Below, one piece after another: positions 15,133 to 22,915 of a stretch of DNA of 64,000 bases (its first letter is position 1; each line of letters begins with the position of its first letter). The position numbers were made by a program, and so were the translations under genes. The stretch is from a virus (taxonomy: Duplodnaviria; Caudoviricetes), in IMG/VR virus record IMGVR_UViG_3300035661_000004; one strand, 5' to 3'. The notes under the pieces are model-generated. The model searched no databases. It saw nothing but the letters and a program-made list of their open reading frames with translations, and had not been told where the DNA came from.

Positions 15133-15215
15133 GGTGGATCAGGATAGGAGTCGAACCTACGTAGCTTTCGCGGGAGCCCAAACTGGCTCCTGGGCTCGTC
15201 TCACCCAGCTGATCC
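15133..15215 (-). ncRNA. tRNA-like RNA with a non-canonical anticodon loop
   Basis: GGATCAG/CTGATCC acceptor, GGG/CCC D-stem, GGAGCC-AGTTTG-GGCTCC arm (6- or 8-nt loop), GC-GAAA-GC variable hairpin, GTAGG-TTCGACT-CCTAT T-arm. Confidence 0.7.
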
Positions 15216-15223
15216 ATTACTTT

Positions 15224-15308
15224 TGGTGGGGCCGCAAGGAATCGAACCTTGTTGGTCAGGGACACCGGGTTTACAGGCCGGGCAGAAGCCATTACTGTCT
15301 ACGACCCC
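15224..15308 (-). tRNA. tRNA-Tyr (GUA), copy 2; first tRNA after the attenuator
   Basis: GGGGTCG/CGGCCCC acceptor, loop CT-GTA-AA, long variable arm, A73, CCA. Confidence 0.88.
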
Positions 15309-15348
15309 AAAAGTAAAGCGCGAATTGTTAAAGAGCGTCACACCAATG

Positions 15349-15385
15349 AGAAAAAGCCTCGGACCTTTCGGTCGGAGGCTTTTGC
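15349..15385 (-). terminator. Conditional intrinsic terminator (attenuator 3:4 hairpin)
   Basis: AAAAGCCTC-C-GACC-GAAA-GGTC-C-GAGGCTTTT then T, about 40 nt upstream of the first tRNA. Confidence 0.9.
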
Positions 15386-15410
15386 TAGGTGTGAAGGTAG
15401 AAGTTCTGTC

Positions 15411-15485
15411 TTACCCGATCATGCAAAAGCCTCCATCGCTATAAAGCGATGAGGAGCTCAAATATGATAGGGAGGTGTTCTTCAT
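15411..15485 (-). CDS. Attenuator leader peptide MKNTSLSYLSSSSLYSDGGFCMIG
   Basis: Translated by hand; ATG 9 nt after the -10 hexamer (leaderless); codons 5-16 are all Ser/Leu/Tyr; overlaps hairpin segments 1 and 2. Confidence 0.85.
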   Translation of the reverse strand: MKNTSLSYLSSSSLYSDGGFCMIG

Positions 15486-15494
15486 GATGGTAGA

Positions 15495-15523
15495 ATTGTA
15501 TTTACAGTCGAAGTCGTTGTAAA
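15495..15523 (-). promoter_or_regulatory. Sigma70-like promoter of the attenuated tRNA operon
   Basis: TTTACA-N17-TACAAT. Confidence 0.85.
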
Positions 15524-15555
15524 CCGGCTAAAGTGTAACAATCCTACTTGTACCG

Positions 15556-15747
15556 TTACTTGTTGTCCAACTTGGACTTAGCGAGAGCGGCCAGGCCGTT
15601 CGCTTCTTGAGCCCACTGCTCGAGCTTTGCTGGGTTACGCTTCAGCATCCAGCGGTAGAACCAGGCGCCGACTGCAGCGCCGACGAATGCGCCCACCAGG
15701 AACGGGTGGGTGAGGAAGTTAAGGATGAAGGTGAGGATGTCCCACAT
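15556..15747 (-). CDS. Small single-TM membrane protein, late
   Basis: 63 aa, hydrophobic N-terminal half; TAAATA at 15782-15787. Confidence 0.7.
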   Translation of the reverse strand: MWDILTFILNFLTHPFLVGAFVGAAVGAWFYRWMLKRNPAKLEQWAQEANGLAALAKSKLDNK

Positions 15748-15791
15748 GGCGGTCTCCGAACGGCGAGCTTGCCGTGCCTAGTATTTAGCTG

Positions 15792-16475
15792 TCAGAACCG
15801 CTTATATGGCTTTAGGTTGTGGCTTGGATCTTGCATGTCGTCAGGCGTCATTTGCTTGATCGCCTCCGCGGCCTCTTTTAGCGCTTCATGGAGGTCGGTT
15901 GCTTCGGCTTTTGCGGCGTCATCGCCGTTGACATCATAGATCCAGACTCGGACCGTCGAATGGGTGGTGATGTTGATGTTGATGTGAGAGACGATGTACT
16001 GGTCATACACCTGGTGACCTGGCAGGTTGAACGGCGGGAAGATGTCCCAGTGCGCAACGTAGTCGTTGTCCTCACCGATGCCTTGCCGTTGGTCAATTGA
16101 TGTCACACCTAAGGCTGACTTCAGCTGCTGCTCAAACACCTTGAACATGAAGTCTCGCTGCATGACCTTGAAGATTTTCGGAATGTCAAACTTCTCCCCC
16201 GAAAAGACGCTACCGCTCGCAGCCGCCACGACGACATACTCTTCGGGTAGAGTCGGTGACGGTAGCAGGTCAACCCAGCCTTTGACTAAGCCGTGTGTGT
16301 CTGTGTAGGAGAGCCGTACGCCAGCCTTACCGGCTTCCTTAGCCTTGCCGTACACCTCTGTGGGGGCGAGGGTGATGTGAAGGTCAAGCGGGTAGTCAGC
16401 CATCGCCTGCTGAAGCTTTAGCGCAGCGGTGCGGGGTGACCTATCTCGGTTGGTGAACACATCTTCGACTAGCAT
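15792..16475 (-). CDS. Hypothetical late protein
   Basis: 227 aa; TAAATA at 16505-16510; N-terminus MLVE. Confidence 0.7.
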   Translation of the reverse strand: MLVEDVFTNRDRSPRTAALKLQQAMADYPLDLHITLAPTEVYGKAKEAGKAGVRLSYTDTHGLVKGWVDLLPSPTLPEEYVVVAAASGSVFSGEKFDIPKIFKVMQRDFMFKVFEQQLKSALGVTSIDQRQGIGEDNDYVAHWDIFPPFNLPGHQVYDQYIVSHININITTHSTVRVWIYDVNGDDAAKAEATDLHEALKEAAEAIKQMTPDDMQDPSHNLKPYKRF

Positions 16476-16523
16476 AGAATAAAGGGGGTGGCAAATGCCA
16501 CCCTTATTTAGCCGAGCTTGAAC

Positions 16524-17153
16524 TCAGCTCGTGATGAACTTCGGAGCCAAGTCACGGTACACGCGGCTGCGGTCCTTGTTGGCGATCCGTCCCAACAAGA
16601 AGGCCATCTGATCAGCCTGGATGTTGCGGTTGCGCATGATCATGGCTTCGGCCTTGCACGGGATGTACGGCAGGTAGAGCGGATCCATGGTCCGAGTGCC
16701 TTGCGGGCTGTACTGTCCATGCGGCAGCGGCTTGCCTGGCAGCAAGTCACCCTTCAGGTTGTTGCAGGCCTTGCAGGCCGTGACCACGTTCATCCACACG
16801 TCCGGGCCGCCCTTCGACACCGGCATGATGTGGTCACGAGTCAGGTCATGGCTCGTGAACAAGCCAGAGCAGTAGGCGCACATGTAGCGGTCACGCTGGA
16901 ACAGTGAGGAGTTCGTCAGCGCAGACGGCTTAACCCGCTTGACCGTTGACTCGCCCTTGATGACGATGATCGAAGCCGTCATCAGCTCGGACTGGGACTT
17001 GGTCACGGAGTTGTCACCACCACGGTAGGTGATGAGGTCATCGCCCAGGTGATCCAGGACTTGGCCCTTGGCTTCGCACATGATGGCCTCGTCACGGGTG
17101 ATCCACTCGTGAGGGGTCCAAGACTTGTCGAGTACCAGAACTTGATGCTGCAT
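16524..17153 (-). CDS. HNH endonuclease (McrA-like 5-methylcytosine HNH family pattern)
   Basis: LFQRDRYMCAYC...TRDHIMPVSKGG..W.NVVTACKACNNLKG; GAGGAG RBS. Confidence 0.88.
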   Translation of the reverse strand: MQHQVLVLDKSWTPHEWITRDEAIMCEAKGQVLDHLGDDLITYRGGDNSVTKSQSELMTASIIVIKGESTVKRVKPSALTNSSLFQRDRYMCAYCSGLFTSHDLTRDHIMPVSKGGPDVWMNVVTACKACNNLKGDLLPGKPLPHGQYSPQGTRTMDPLYLPYIPCKAEAMIMRNRNIQADQMAFLLGRIANKDRSRVYRDLAPKFITS

Positions 17154-17278
17154 GATGTTCTCCTCTAGTTTCCAGCAGGTGCGGCTAAACCTATCTTCCT
17201 ACGTCCGCTTTGGCGCCTTGCAGGCGGTATTTATGATTGTACCCGGACCTCTACAGAATGTAAACCAAGCGCGCAAGA

Positions 17279-17310
17279 AAAAACCGCCCAGCTGTTAGGC
17301 CGGGCGGTGA
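17279..17310 (-). terminator. Intrinsic terminator
   Basis: ACCGCCCGGC...GCTGGGCGGT followed by a T-run on the minus strand. Confidence 0.65.
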
Positions 17311-17340
17311 AAGCGTCGTTGCATGACGCCGGAGGGAGGA

Positions 17341-17835
17341 TCAGTAGTAGCGGCGGCTGCGCGTACGGTCAACCCATGTAGGCAGCTCGGTACGGTCGGA
17401 GAAGTCCACGCGGAAGCACATCTTGCCGGACCAGGACTCCCAGAGCTTGGTCAAGAAGTCGGGCTCGTAGGGCTCGGGCTCCACGGCTTTCTTGGCCTTT
17501 CGCTTGGCCTTCTTCCACTCGCCATAGTGGTAGCTGCCGAAGACAAAGCCGACAACGAAGAGGGAGACCGCTGCCATGAGCGGCAGGACCAGGACGATTG
17601 CGAGCAAGTCGCCGGCGTCAGGCAAAGCTCTGAGTTTCACAAGCGCTGCAACCCAAGCTATGTCATGACCTGCAAGGAAGGCGATGAGGCCGCCGTAGGC
17701 TGTAATGAGCAGAGCCTTGACCGTACCCCAGAACACCCAGTGTGAGTAGGTGCAGATGTCCACCTGCACCTCAGGGTGTAGGTTGGCGCTGTGGTAATAG
17801 AAGGCGAGACGCCCGTGCCAGCTGTTGGCTTTCAC
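17341..17835 (-). CDS. Membrane protein
   Basis: 164 aa, GTG start after AAGGAG, two or three TM segments. Confidence 0.7.
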   Translation of the reverse strand: MKANSWHGRLAFYYHSANLHPEVQVDICTYSHWVFWGTVKALLITAYGGLIAFLAGHDIAWVAALVKLRALPDAGDLLAIVLVLPLMAAVSLFVVGFVFGSYHYGEWKKAKRKAKKAVEPEPYEPDFLTKLWESWSGKMCFRVDFSDRTELPTWVDRTRSRRYY

Positions 17836-17846
17836 AGAGCGTCTCC

Positions 17847-19019
17847 TTAGGCGCGGCCGCGGCGCTTGGCCACGGCGCGGACCATTGCAGAGCGGACCGA
17901 CTTGGTCTCGACCGACAGCTGTTTCAGGTCGCTCTTCGGCACCGGCTTGCCAGTGATCGAGGAGATGTAGGTGCCGTCTTGCTCGAAGGCGATCGTGTAC
18001 TTCTCAGCCGGCAGCGGCCCCTTGGAGTCCTGGAAGCGGACCCAGGCCTTGCCGTTCTTTGCCAGGCCGTAGCCTTCGGCCAGGACCTTCAGCGAAGGCT
18101 TCAGGTTGCCGATGGAGACGGTCTCCTTCGGCTGCGCCACGTTCTTGCGGGCCTTCTGCTTGGCGCCTTCCGGACCTTGCTCCACGAACTTGACTTGCGG
18201 TGCGGCGTCCTTCATGTTCTCGTCGAAGATGAAGGGCTGCAGGAACAGCTCGTCCTTGGCCGCATCGCCCAGAGCTTCGCCGACGACGAAGTACTCGGAG
18301 GCACGACCCTTGGTGTTCTGGTAGTCCGTCGGGATGGCGAACACGAAGCGCGGGTTGACCTTGACGATGACGGTGCGTGAGCTGACATCGCTGCGGTACT
18401 GGCTCAGGTAGGAGCGCGAGCAGAAGTGCAGGCCCACGGAGCAGGTCTGGTGACGGTTGACGTCGACCTTGTCCGGGTCCATGGCGACCAGCTTGCCGGG
18501 GCTGTTGTCCAGCGTGCCGGTGTAGATGTCCTTGAAGTTTCGCGCGACCTTCTTGTAGGCCAGGAAGCAACCGTCCTTCGTGATGGGCATCTTGCCGCTC
18601 ATCAGGAACTGGTACAGCTCCTCGCGGAGGTCCTTCTTCTTGTTACGGCTGATGTTCTGCAGCAGCAGGACCAGCGGCTGAATGGACTCGGCCGTGCTGC
18701 CGTTGCGGACAGAGGCGATGATGCGGTCCACGAGTGGACCGGCGATCTTCTCGGGGCCCTTCGGGCCTTCCCAGTAGAGCTCACCATCAACGAAGCGCAC
18801 GCGAGCGTTAGCGTTGGTGATCGCTTCGGCGACCGTACGCTTGACATTGGCGAGAGCCAGGACTCGGTCGTACTTGCCGGCGCGCAGCTCCTGCTCGATC
18901 AGGTCGAAGTTCGGGTTGGTCGTGTCAACGACCGCCGGCACTCCGTTGACGATCAGGGTCAGACCGACTGCGTTCTTGGTCCAGAAGACCTGCGGCGCGC
19001 TCTTTGCATCGATTGCCAT
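17847..19019 (-). CDS. rIIB: RIIB-like protein
   Basis: ITKDGCFLAYKKV...DNSPG...D.NRHQTCSVGLH...VKVNP..V..IP.DY.N.KGR motifs; directly follows rIIA. Confidence 0.9.
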   Translation of the reverse strand: MAIDAKSAPQVFWTKNAVGLTLIVNGVPAVVDTTNPNFDLIEQELRAGKYDRVLALANVKRTVAEAITNANARVRFVDGELYWEGPKGPEKIAGPLVDRIIASVRNGSTAESIQPLVLLLQNISRNKKKDLREELYQFLMSGKMPITKDGCFLAYKKVARNFKDIYTGTLDNSPGKLVAMDPDKVDVNRHQTCSVGLHFCSRSYLSQYRSDVSSRTVIVKVNPRFVFAIPTDYQNTKGRASEYFVVGEALGDAAKDELFLQPFIFDENMKDAAPQVKFVEQGPEGAKQKARKNVAQPKETVSIGNLKPSLKVLAEGYGLAKNGKAWVRFQDSKGPLPAEKYTIAFEQDGTYISSITGKPVPKSDLKQLSVETKSVRSAMVRAVAKRRGRA

Positions 19020-19090
19020 GGCTCTCTCCGTGTTGTGGTATGTGAATTGTATACTGAAGCGGATCCGGTGTAAACAAGTCCGTGATGTAT

Positions 19091-21691
19091 TTAAGCGGTC
19101 AGCAAAGCTTCGGCCCAGTAAGCAGCTTCGGTGTCGCGTCGTGCTTGGGCTTCAGCTTCAGCGATCGTGCGGTCAACACCCACCAAGTAGGCAACAACTT
19201 GGTGGAAGAAGGGCTCCTTGCGATCGTAGAGCTCATCGCCCAGGTGCTCGAGCAGCGGGTAAGCCTTGAGCACGTCGGCAAGGCGCACCTTGCCTTCTAG
19301 CAGGGTTCGCATGTCATCGAACTGACGCTCGATCGTGTGGACCACGTACACGAGCGCCGAGCGCTTCGTGTTGCCGATCAGCGCGCTCTTGACCACGTTT
19401 GTGATGCCCCGCAGCTTAACAAAGACGTTGTTCGGGCCGAGCGGCCCCATCGCCTTGACAAACTTGGATTCATTGATGAAGGCCTTAGCGATCCGCGCGC
19501 CGTCCGACCGGTCAAGGGCGTTTAACCGGCTTTGCATTGCCTTGAGCAAGCCGGCGTCGGCTGTTACCATGTCCTTGATCGGCTTGAGCAGCTCAGCCAT
19601 GTCGACAAGCTCTACGCCTTTGTTCTTGCATTCCTCTTGCTGCCGGTCAGACAGCAAGCCGATCATCAATGGCTTGCCGTCTGTCATGAAAGGCTCGAGC
19701 AAGCCGAGCGTGAACAAGGCGCCGACCAGCTCGTTCTCGATCAACTGCTTGTGCACGCCCAGCGGTTGACCGTGCACGGTGGGCACGTACAGCATTGGCC
19801 GCTTCAGCTCGTGACGTGCATAGTCACGGCTGTGGGTGGGCTTGTAGAAGCTCAGGTTGATCAGGCCATCCAGCTTGTAGAGCTCGCGCTGAATGTGCTT
19901 GCCGGCTTGGTCAACGGGGAAGGTGTACATGTCGAAGCGCTGCTCGATCGTGCCCTTCTGCGCAGGCTTCTTTGCTGCTACGAAGTCACGCTTCGGTGGC
20001 TCAGGGAACTTGAACTTCGGCAGCGTGCTCAGCAGCACGACCTTAGCGCCGTCCGCGATCGTGCCCTTGACATGCTCGCTGAACTTGACCAGAGTGTCCG
20101 CTGCGCTCAAGCCGCCGCCGAAGCCGTCGATGAAGTACAGAGCGGCGCTCTGGTAGGCTCGGATCAGGTCAGGGTCGTTGAACTGTTCAGCGTAGAAGCG
20201 GATGCCTTCCGAGCCACGCTCGCCTAGGTCATTGATGATGAAGGCGATGTTGCCTTCGCGCGTGTACAGGTCAAAGTTGGTGTTTGTGACCTTGTGGCCT
20301 TCATGCAGGTAGTTCGCCGCCCGCCGCTTCATGTTGACGTTCAGCAACGGCTTCGGCTCGAGCGCCGGCGAGAACCAGTCGATCGTGTTGTTCTGGGCAC
20401 CGACCGTGCGCTTGGTCTTCGGGTCAACCGTGCCAGGATGCTCCACCATCACGAAGGAGATCGCCGTCAGGCCGAAGCGCTGCGGCCCCTTGACGTATAT
20501 CTTGTAGTCCGCGGAGATCAACTGGACATTGAATAGCAGGTGCTCTCCCTTGCTGACATGAATGCGGTCGGTGCGCAGCTTGCTCGGCACGACCTCGCGG
20601 CCGTCGGCCAGCTTGAAGGTCTCGCCCATGATGATTTGAGCGACAAACGGGAAGCTTTCGTACAGCAGGCGGTACTTCTCGTTGAACTTCTTGAGGAAAG
20701 CGTTCGGCGAGTCCATGTTGTGCAGGTCCGACTTGGACTTTTCAACCAGCTCGCCAGCGATCCGGTCAAATGCAACGCTCAAGACCTTGCACGTCGGCTC
20801 GTCATAGCTGAGCTCCTCGCGCGAAGCCTGGAAGCTCAAGGCGCCAATGGGGAAGGTGATCGTGATCGGCTGGTTCAGGATGGCGCGAGCGCGATCTGAA
20901 ACACGGGGCAAGGACTGGGCCGTGATGCGGTAGGGCACGCCGCCCATGACGGCGACCGGGCCGGCGTTGTCATGGCTGTACTTGCGGAGGTTCCAGTCGC
21001 TGCCGGTAGAGATCGGGTTGCCGCGGGCCTCTTCGATGGCCTTGACCACCGAGGTATCGCCTTGGAAGGTGGGCAGGTCAGCGGGGTTCCAGTAGCTGTA
21101 GAAGCGGATGATCCGTTGGCGGAAGGCTTTGATGTCATCGATGCGAACCGCGAGCTCGACACGGACGCCGTTAGGCAAGTCAGTAGGAGCTTGGAAGACC
21201 AGCTTGCCGTCCGGCACGCCGCCTTCGTTGATGAAGCAGAAGTACTTGTACTCGACGCCGTTGTATCGGTTGATGACGAGGAACGAGCTCTTCGTGTAGG
21301 CGAACGGGCTCTTCGAGCCGAGGCCGAGAGCGCCGATGGCGTCATTCGTGTGGGTCTTGGTCGATGCGCCGTAGGTCCAGAAGATGTCGACGATGTGGTC
21401 GGGGTCGATGCCCAGGCCGACGTCCTCGACCCAGAAGTTGTTGTCGAGCGTGGTCGGCACGTTGACCATGAAGCCGAACTTGCGAGCAGGATCCGGGTCG
21501 GCGATGGCAGCCATGACCGCGGAGTCACGAGCGTTGCAGCTCAGCTCGCGGATGACGGCCATAATCTTGTCGGTGTAGATGCCGTCCGACAGGATCGCGA
21601 ACATCTTCGGGTTGGACTTCAGCTTGAAGGTCAAGCGGTCATCCTGGGGGAGGTTGCCTTCGAACTTGATCTCTTCCTCGAGCAGCTTCAT
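19091..21691 (-). CDS. rIIA: RIIA-like protein (N-terminal GHKL/HSP90-type ATPase)
   Basis: LSDGIYTDKIMAVIRELSCNARDS, VED.GLG, GALGLGSKSPFAY. Confidence 0.92.
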   Translation of the reverse strand: MKLLEEEIKFEGNLPQDDRLTFKLKSNPKMFAILSDGIYTDKIMAVIRELSCNARDSAVMAAIADPDPARKFGFMVNVPTTLDNNFWVEDVGLGIDPDHIVDIFWTYGASTKTHTNDAIGALGLGSKSPFAYTKSSFLVINRYNGVEYKYFCFINEGGVPDGKLVFQAPTDLPNGVRVELAVRIDDIKAFRQRIIRFYSYWNPADLPTFQGDTSVVKAIEEARGNPISTGSDWNLRKYSHDNAGPVAVMGGVPYRITAQSLPRVSDRARAILNQPITITFPIGALSFQASREELSYDEPTCKVLSVAFDRIAGELVEKSKSDLHNMDSPNAFLKKFNEKYRLLYESFPFVAQIIMGETFKLADGREVVPSKLRTDRIHVSKGEHLLFNVQLISADYKIYVKGPQRFGLTAISFVMVEHPGTVDPKTKRTVGAQNNTIDWFSPALEPKPLLNVNMKRRAANYLHEGHKVTNTNFDLYTREGNIAFIINDLGERGSEGIRFYAEQFNDPDLIRAYQSAALYFIDGFGGGLSAADTLVKFSEHVKGTIADGAKVVLLSTLPKFKFPEPPKRDFVAAKKPAQKGTIEQRFDMYTFPVDQAGKHIQRELYKLDGLINLSFYKPTHSRDYARHELKRPMLYVPTVHGQPLGVHKQLIENELVGALFTLGLLEPFMTDGKPLMIGLLSDRQQEECKNKGVELVDMAELLKPIKDMVTADAGLLKAMQSRLNALDRSDGARIAKAFINESKFVKAMGPLGPNNVFVKLRGITNVVKSALIGNTKRSALVYVVHTIERQFDDMRTLLEGKVRLADVLKAYPLLEHLGDELYDRKEPFFHQVVAYLVGVDRTIAEAEAQARRDTEAAYWAEALLTA

Positions 21692-21778
21692 TTCGCTTCC
21701 TTAAGTATCCGAGTTTCGATAGGAATGATTGTATCCCTTTCAAATGTCCAGGTAAACAGGTCTTGGCTAAATACTTCT

Positions 21779-21946
21779 ATGAAAGACCTGCTGACGCTCC
21801 AGAGCGCAGTGATTGCGCTGCATGAACTCGCTCGGAACATTGATGATCCGGGCGTGGAGGCGCGCATTCGTCGGATCGCCGACAAGCTGCACGAAGTGGT
21901 TAAGGAGCTTCGGGAGACGCTCGCTTACTTGCCAGATCAGCCCTGA
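21779..21946 (+). CDS. Small helical late protein
   Basis: 55 aa MKDLLTLQS...; ATG 5 nt after TAAATA (21768-21773). Confidence 0.55.
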   Translation: MKDLLTLQSAVIALHELARNIDDPGVEARIRRIADKLHEVVKELRETLAYLPDQP

Positions 21947-22352
21947 TTCCCATCAGCAGCCGACCTAGCCAGTTTTGACCGACGCCGTCACAGACGCCCC
22001 AGAAGGTGTCACCCCAGTGGTTTCCCTCCACAAGCTCCTCATCACCCGTGGTTAGCAGCATCGCCGCAAGGCCGGTGTTTGAGAACTTGCTTTCAAGGAT
22101 GTCACGCATCACCTGCACCTTGACCAGGTCCCAGTCAGGTCGAAGCGGCAGCTTGCGCCCGAGCCGCTTGACTTGACCCGCTGTCTTTGCTTCAAGGACC
22201 AGGTCCAAGACCGCGGGCCAAAGGTGCGGCTCGACTTTGGCCATGACATAAGCATGCTCCGATGACGGGAAGAGCACGTCCTTGTACTTGACGGTGCAAG
22301 GCCAAAAGTTGCTCAGCCAACGGTGTTCACCCTTGAACTCAGCGATCATCAT
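21900..22352 (-). CDS. NADAR (YbiA-like) family protein
   Basis: WLSNFW...FPSSEHAY..AK...K..G....LRPDWD...M...L..KF...LL.TG...LVEGN..GD.FWG...G.N.LG..LM..R. Confidence 0.9.
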   Translation of the reverse strand: MMIAEFKGEHRWLSNFWPCTVKYKDVLFPSSEHAYVMAKVEPHLWPAVLDLVLEAKTAGQVKRLGRKLPLRPDWDLVKVQVMRDILESKFSNTGLAAMLLTTGDEELVEGNHWGDTFWGVCDGVGQNWLGRLLMGIRADLASKRASPEAP

Positions 22353-22773
22353 GCACCTGCTTGTTAAAGTAAGCGTCGAGAGCTTTCTGATGAAGCGGGA
22401 AGCACAGCTTTGACTCGCGTGTCAGCACGCAAAAGCGCCGCACCTCTCGGTTAGGCTTGAGCTCAGCGATCTTCGGCTCGGGAATGCATACTATTGCCTC
22501 GCAGAAGATCAGCACACGGTTTGTAGCCGTAATCTCAGAGTGAGACAGCCTCCACATACTAGGGGAGAAGGAGATGCCTACCTCCTCCGCAAATTCGCGC
22601 GAAGCGGCTTGCTCGATGGACTCAAGCTTGTCGACGTAGCCACCAGGCATCGCCAGCCCGCCTAGCTGTGGCTCGATGCCCCGTTCGATCCCCAGCAGGC
22701 CGATGACATTGAGGTCACTGTCAAGGACTCTTACCATGTTGACCGCGACAGGTGTGGGATTCTCGTAGTTCAT
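22339..22773 (-). CDS. NUDIX hydrolase
   Basis: Nudix box PGGYVDKLESIEQAASREFAEEVG. Confidence 0.88.
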   Translation of the reverse strand: MNYENPTPVAVNMVRVLDSDLNVIGLLGIERGIEPQLGGLAMPGGYVDKLESIEQAASREFAEEVGISFSPSMWRLSHSEITATNRVLIFCEAIVCIPEPKIAELKPNREVRRFCVLTRESKLCFPLHQKALDAYFNKQVHDDR

Positions 22774-22907
22774 GCTTGCAGCCTTTGGAGCTTGACGATG
22801 TCCTCGCGGAGCTGTCGAAGCAGCTCCTTGAGCTCATACGCCTGCTTGAGCTGTTGCTCTCGTAGGCGCATCTCCTTGCGGCACAATCTACTCAACCTAT
22901 CGGCCAT
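22770..22907 (-). CDS. Small coiled-coil hypothetical protein
   Basis: 45 aa MADRLSRLCRKEMRLREQQ..., fills the gap and has an ATGA overlap with the NUDIX gene. Confidence 0.5.
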   Translation of the reverse strand: MADRLSRLCRKEMRLREQQLKQAYELKELLRQLREDIVKLQRLQA

Positions 22908-22915
22908 CACGACGC

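Noticed and set aside
15133-15215. tRNA-Sec or a stop-codon suppressor tRNA
   Set aside because: No UCA, CUA or UUA anticodon in a 7-nt loop, and no fully paired 8-bp acceptor stem.
17160-17235. Riboswitch-like leader upstream of the HNH gene
   Set aside because: Only short alternative CCGC/GCGG pairings; no known aptamer consensus could be matched by eye.
21900-22352. DarT-NADAR toxin-antitoxin pair
   Set aside because: No ADP-ribosyltransferase-like ORF adjoins the NADAR gene.
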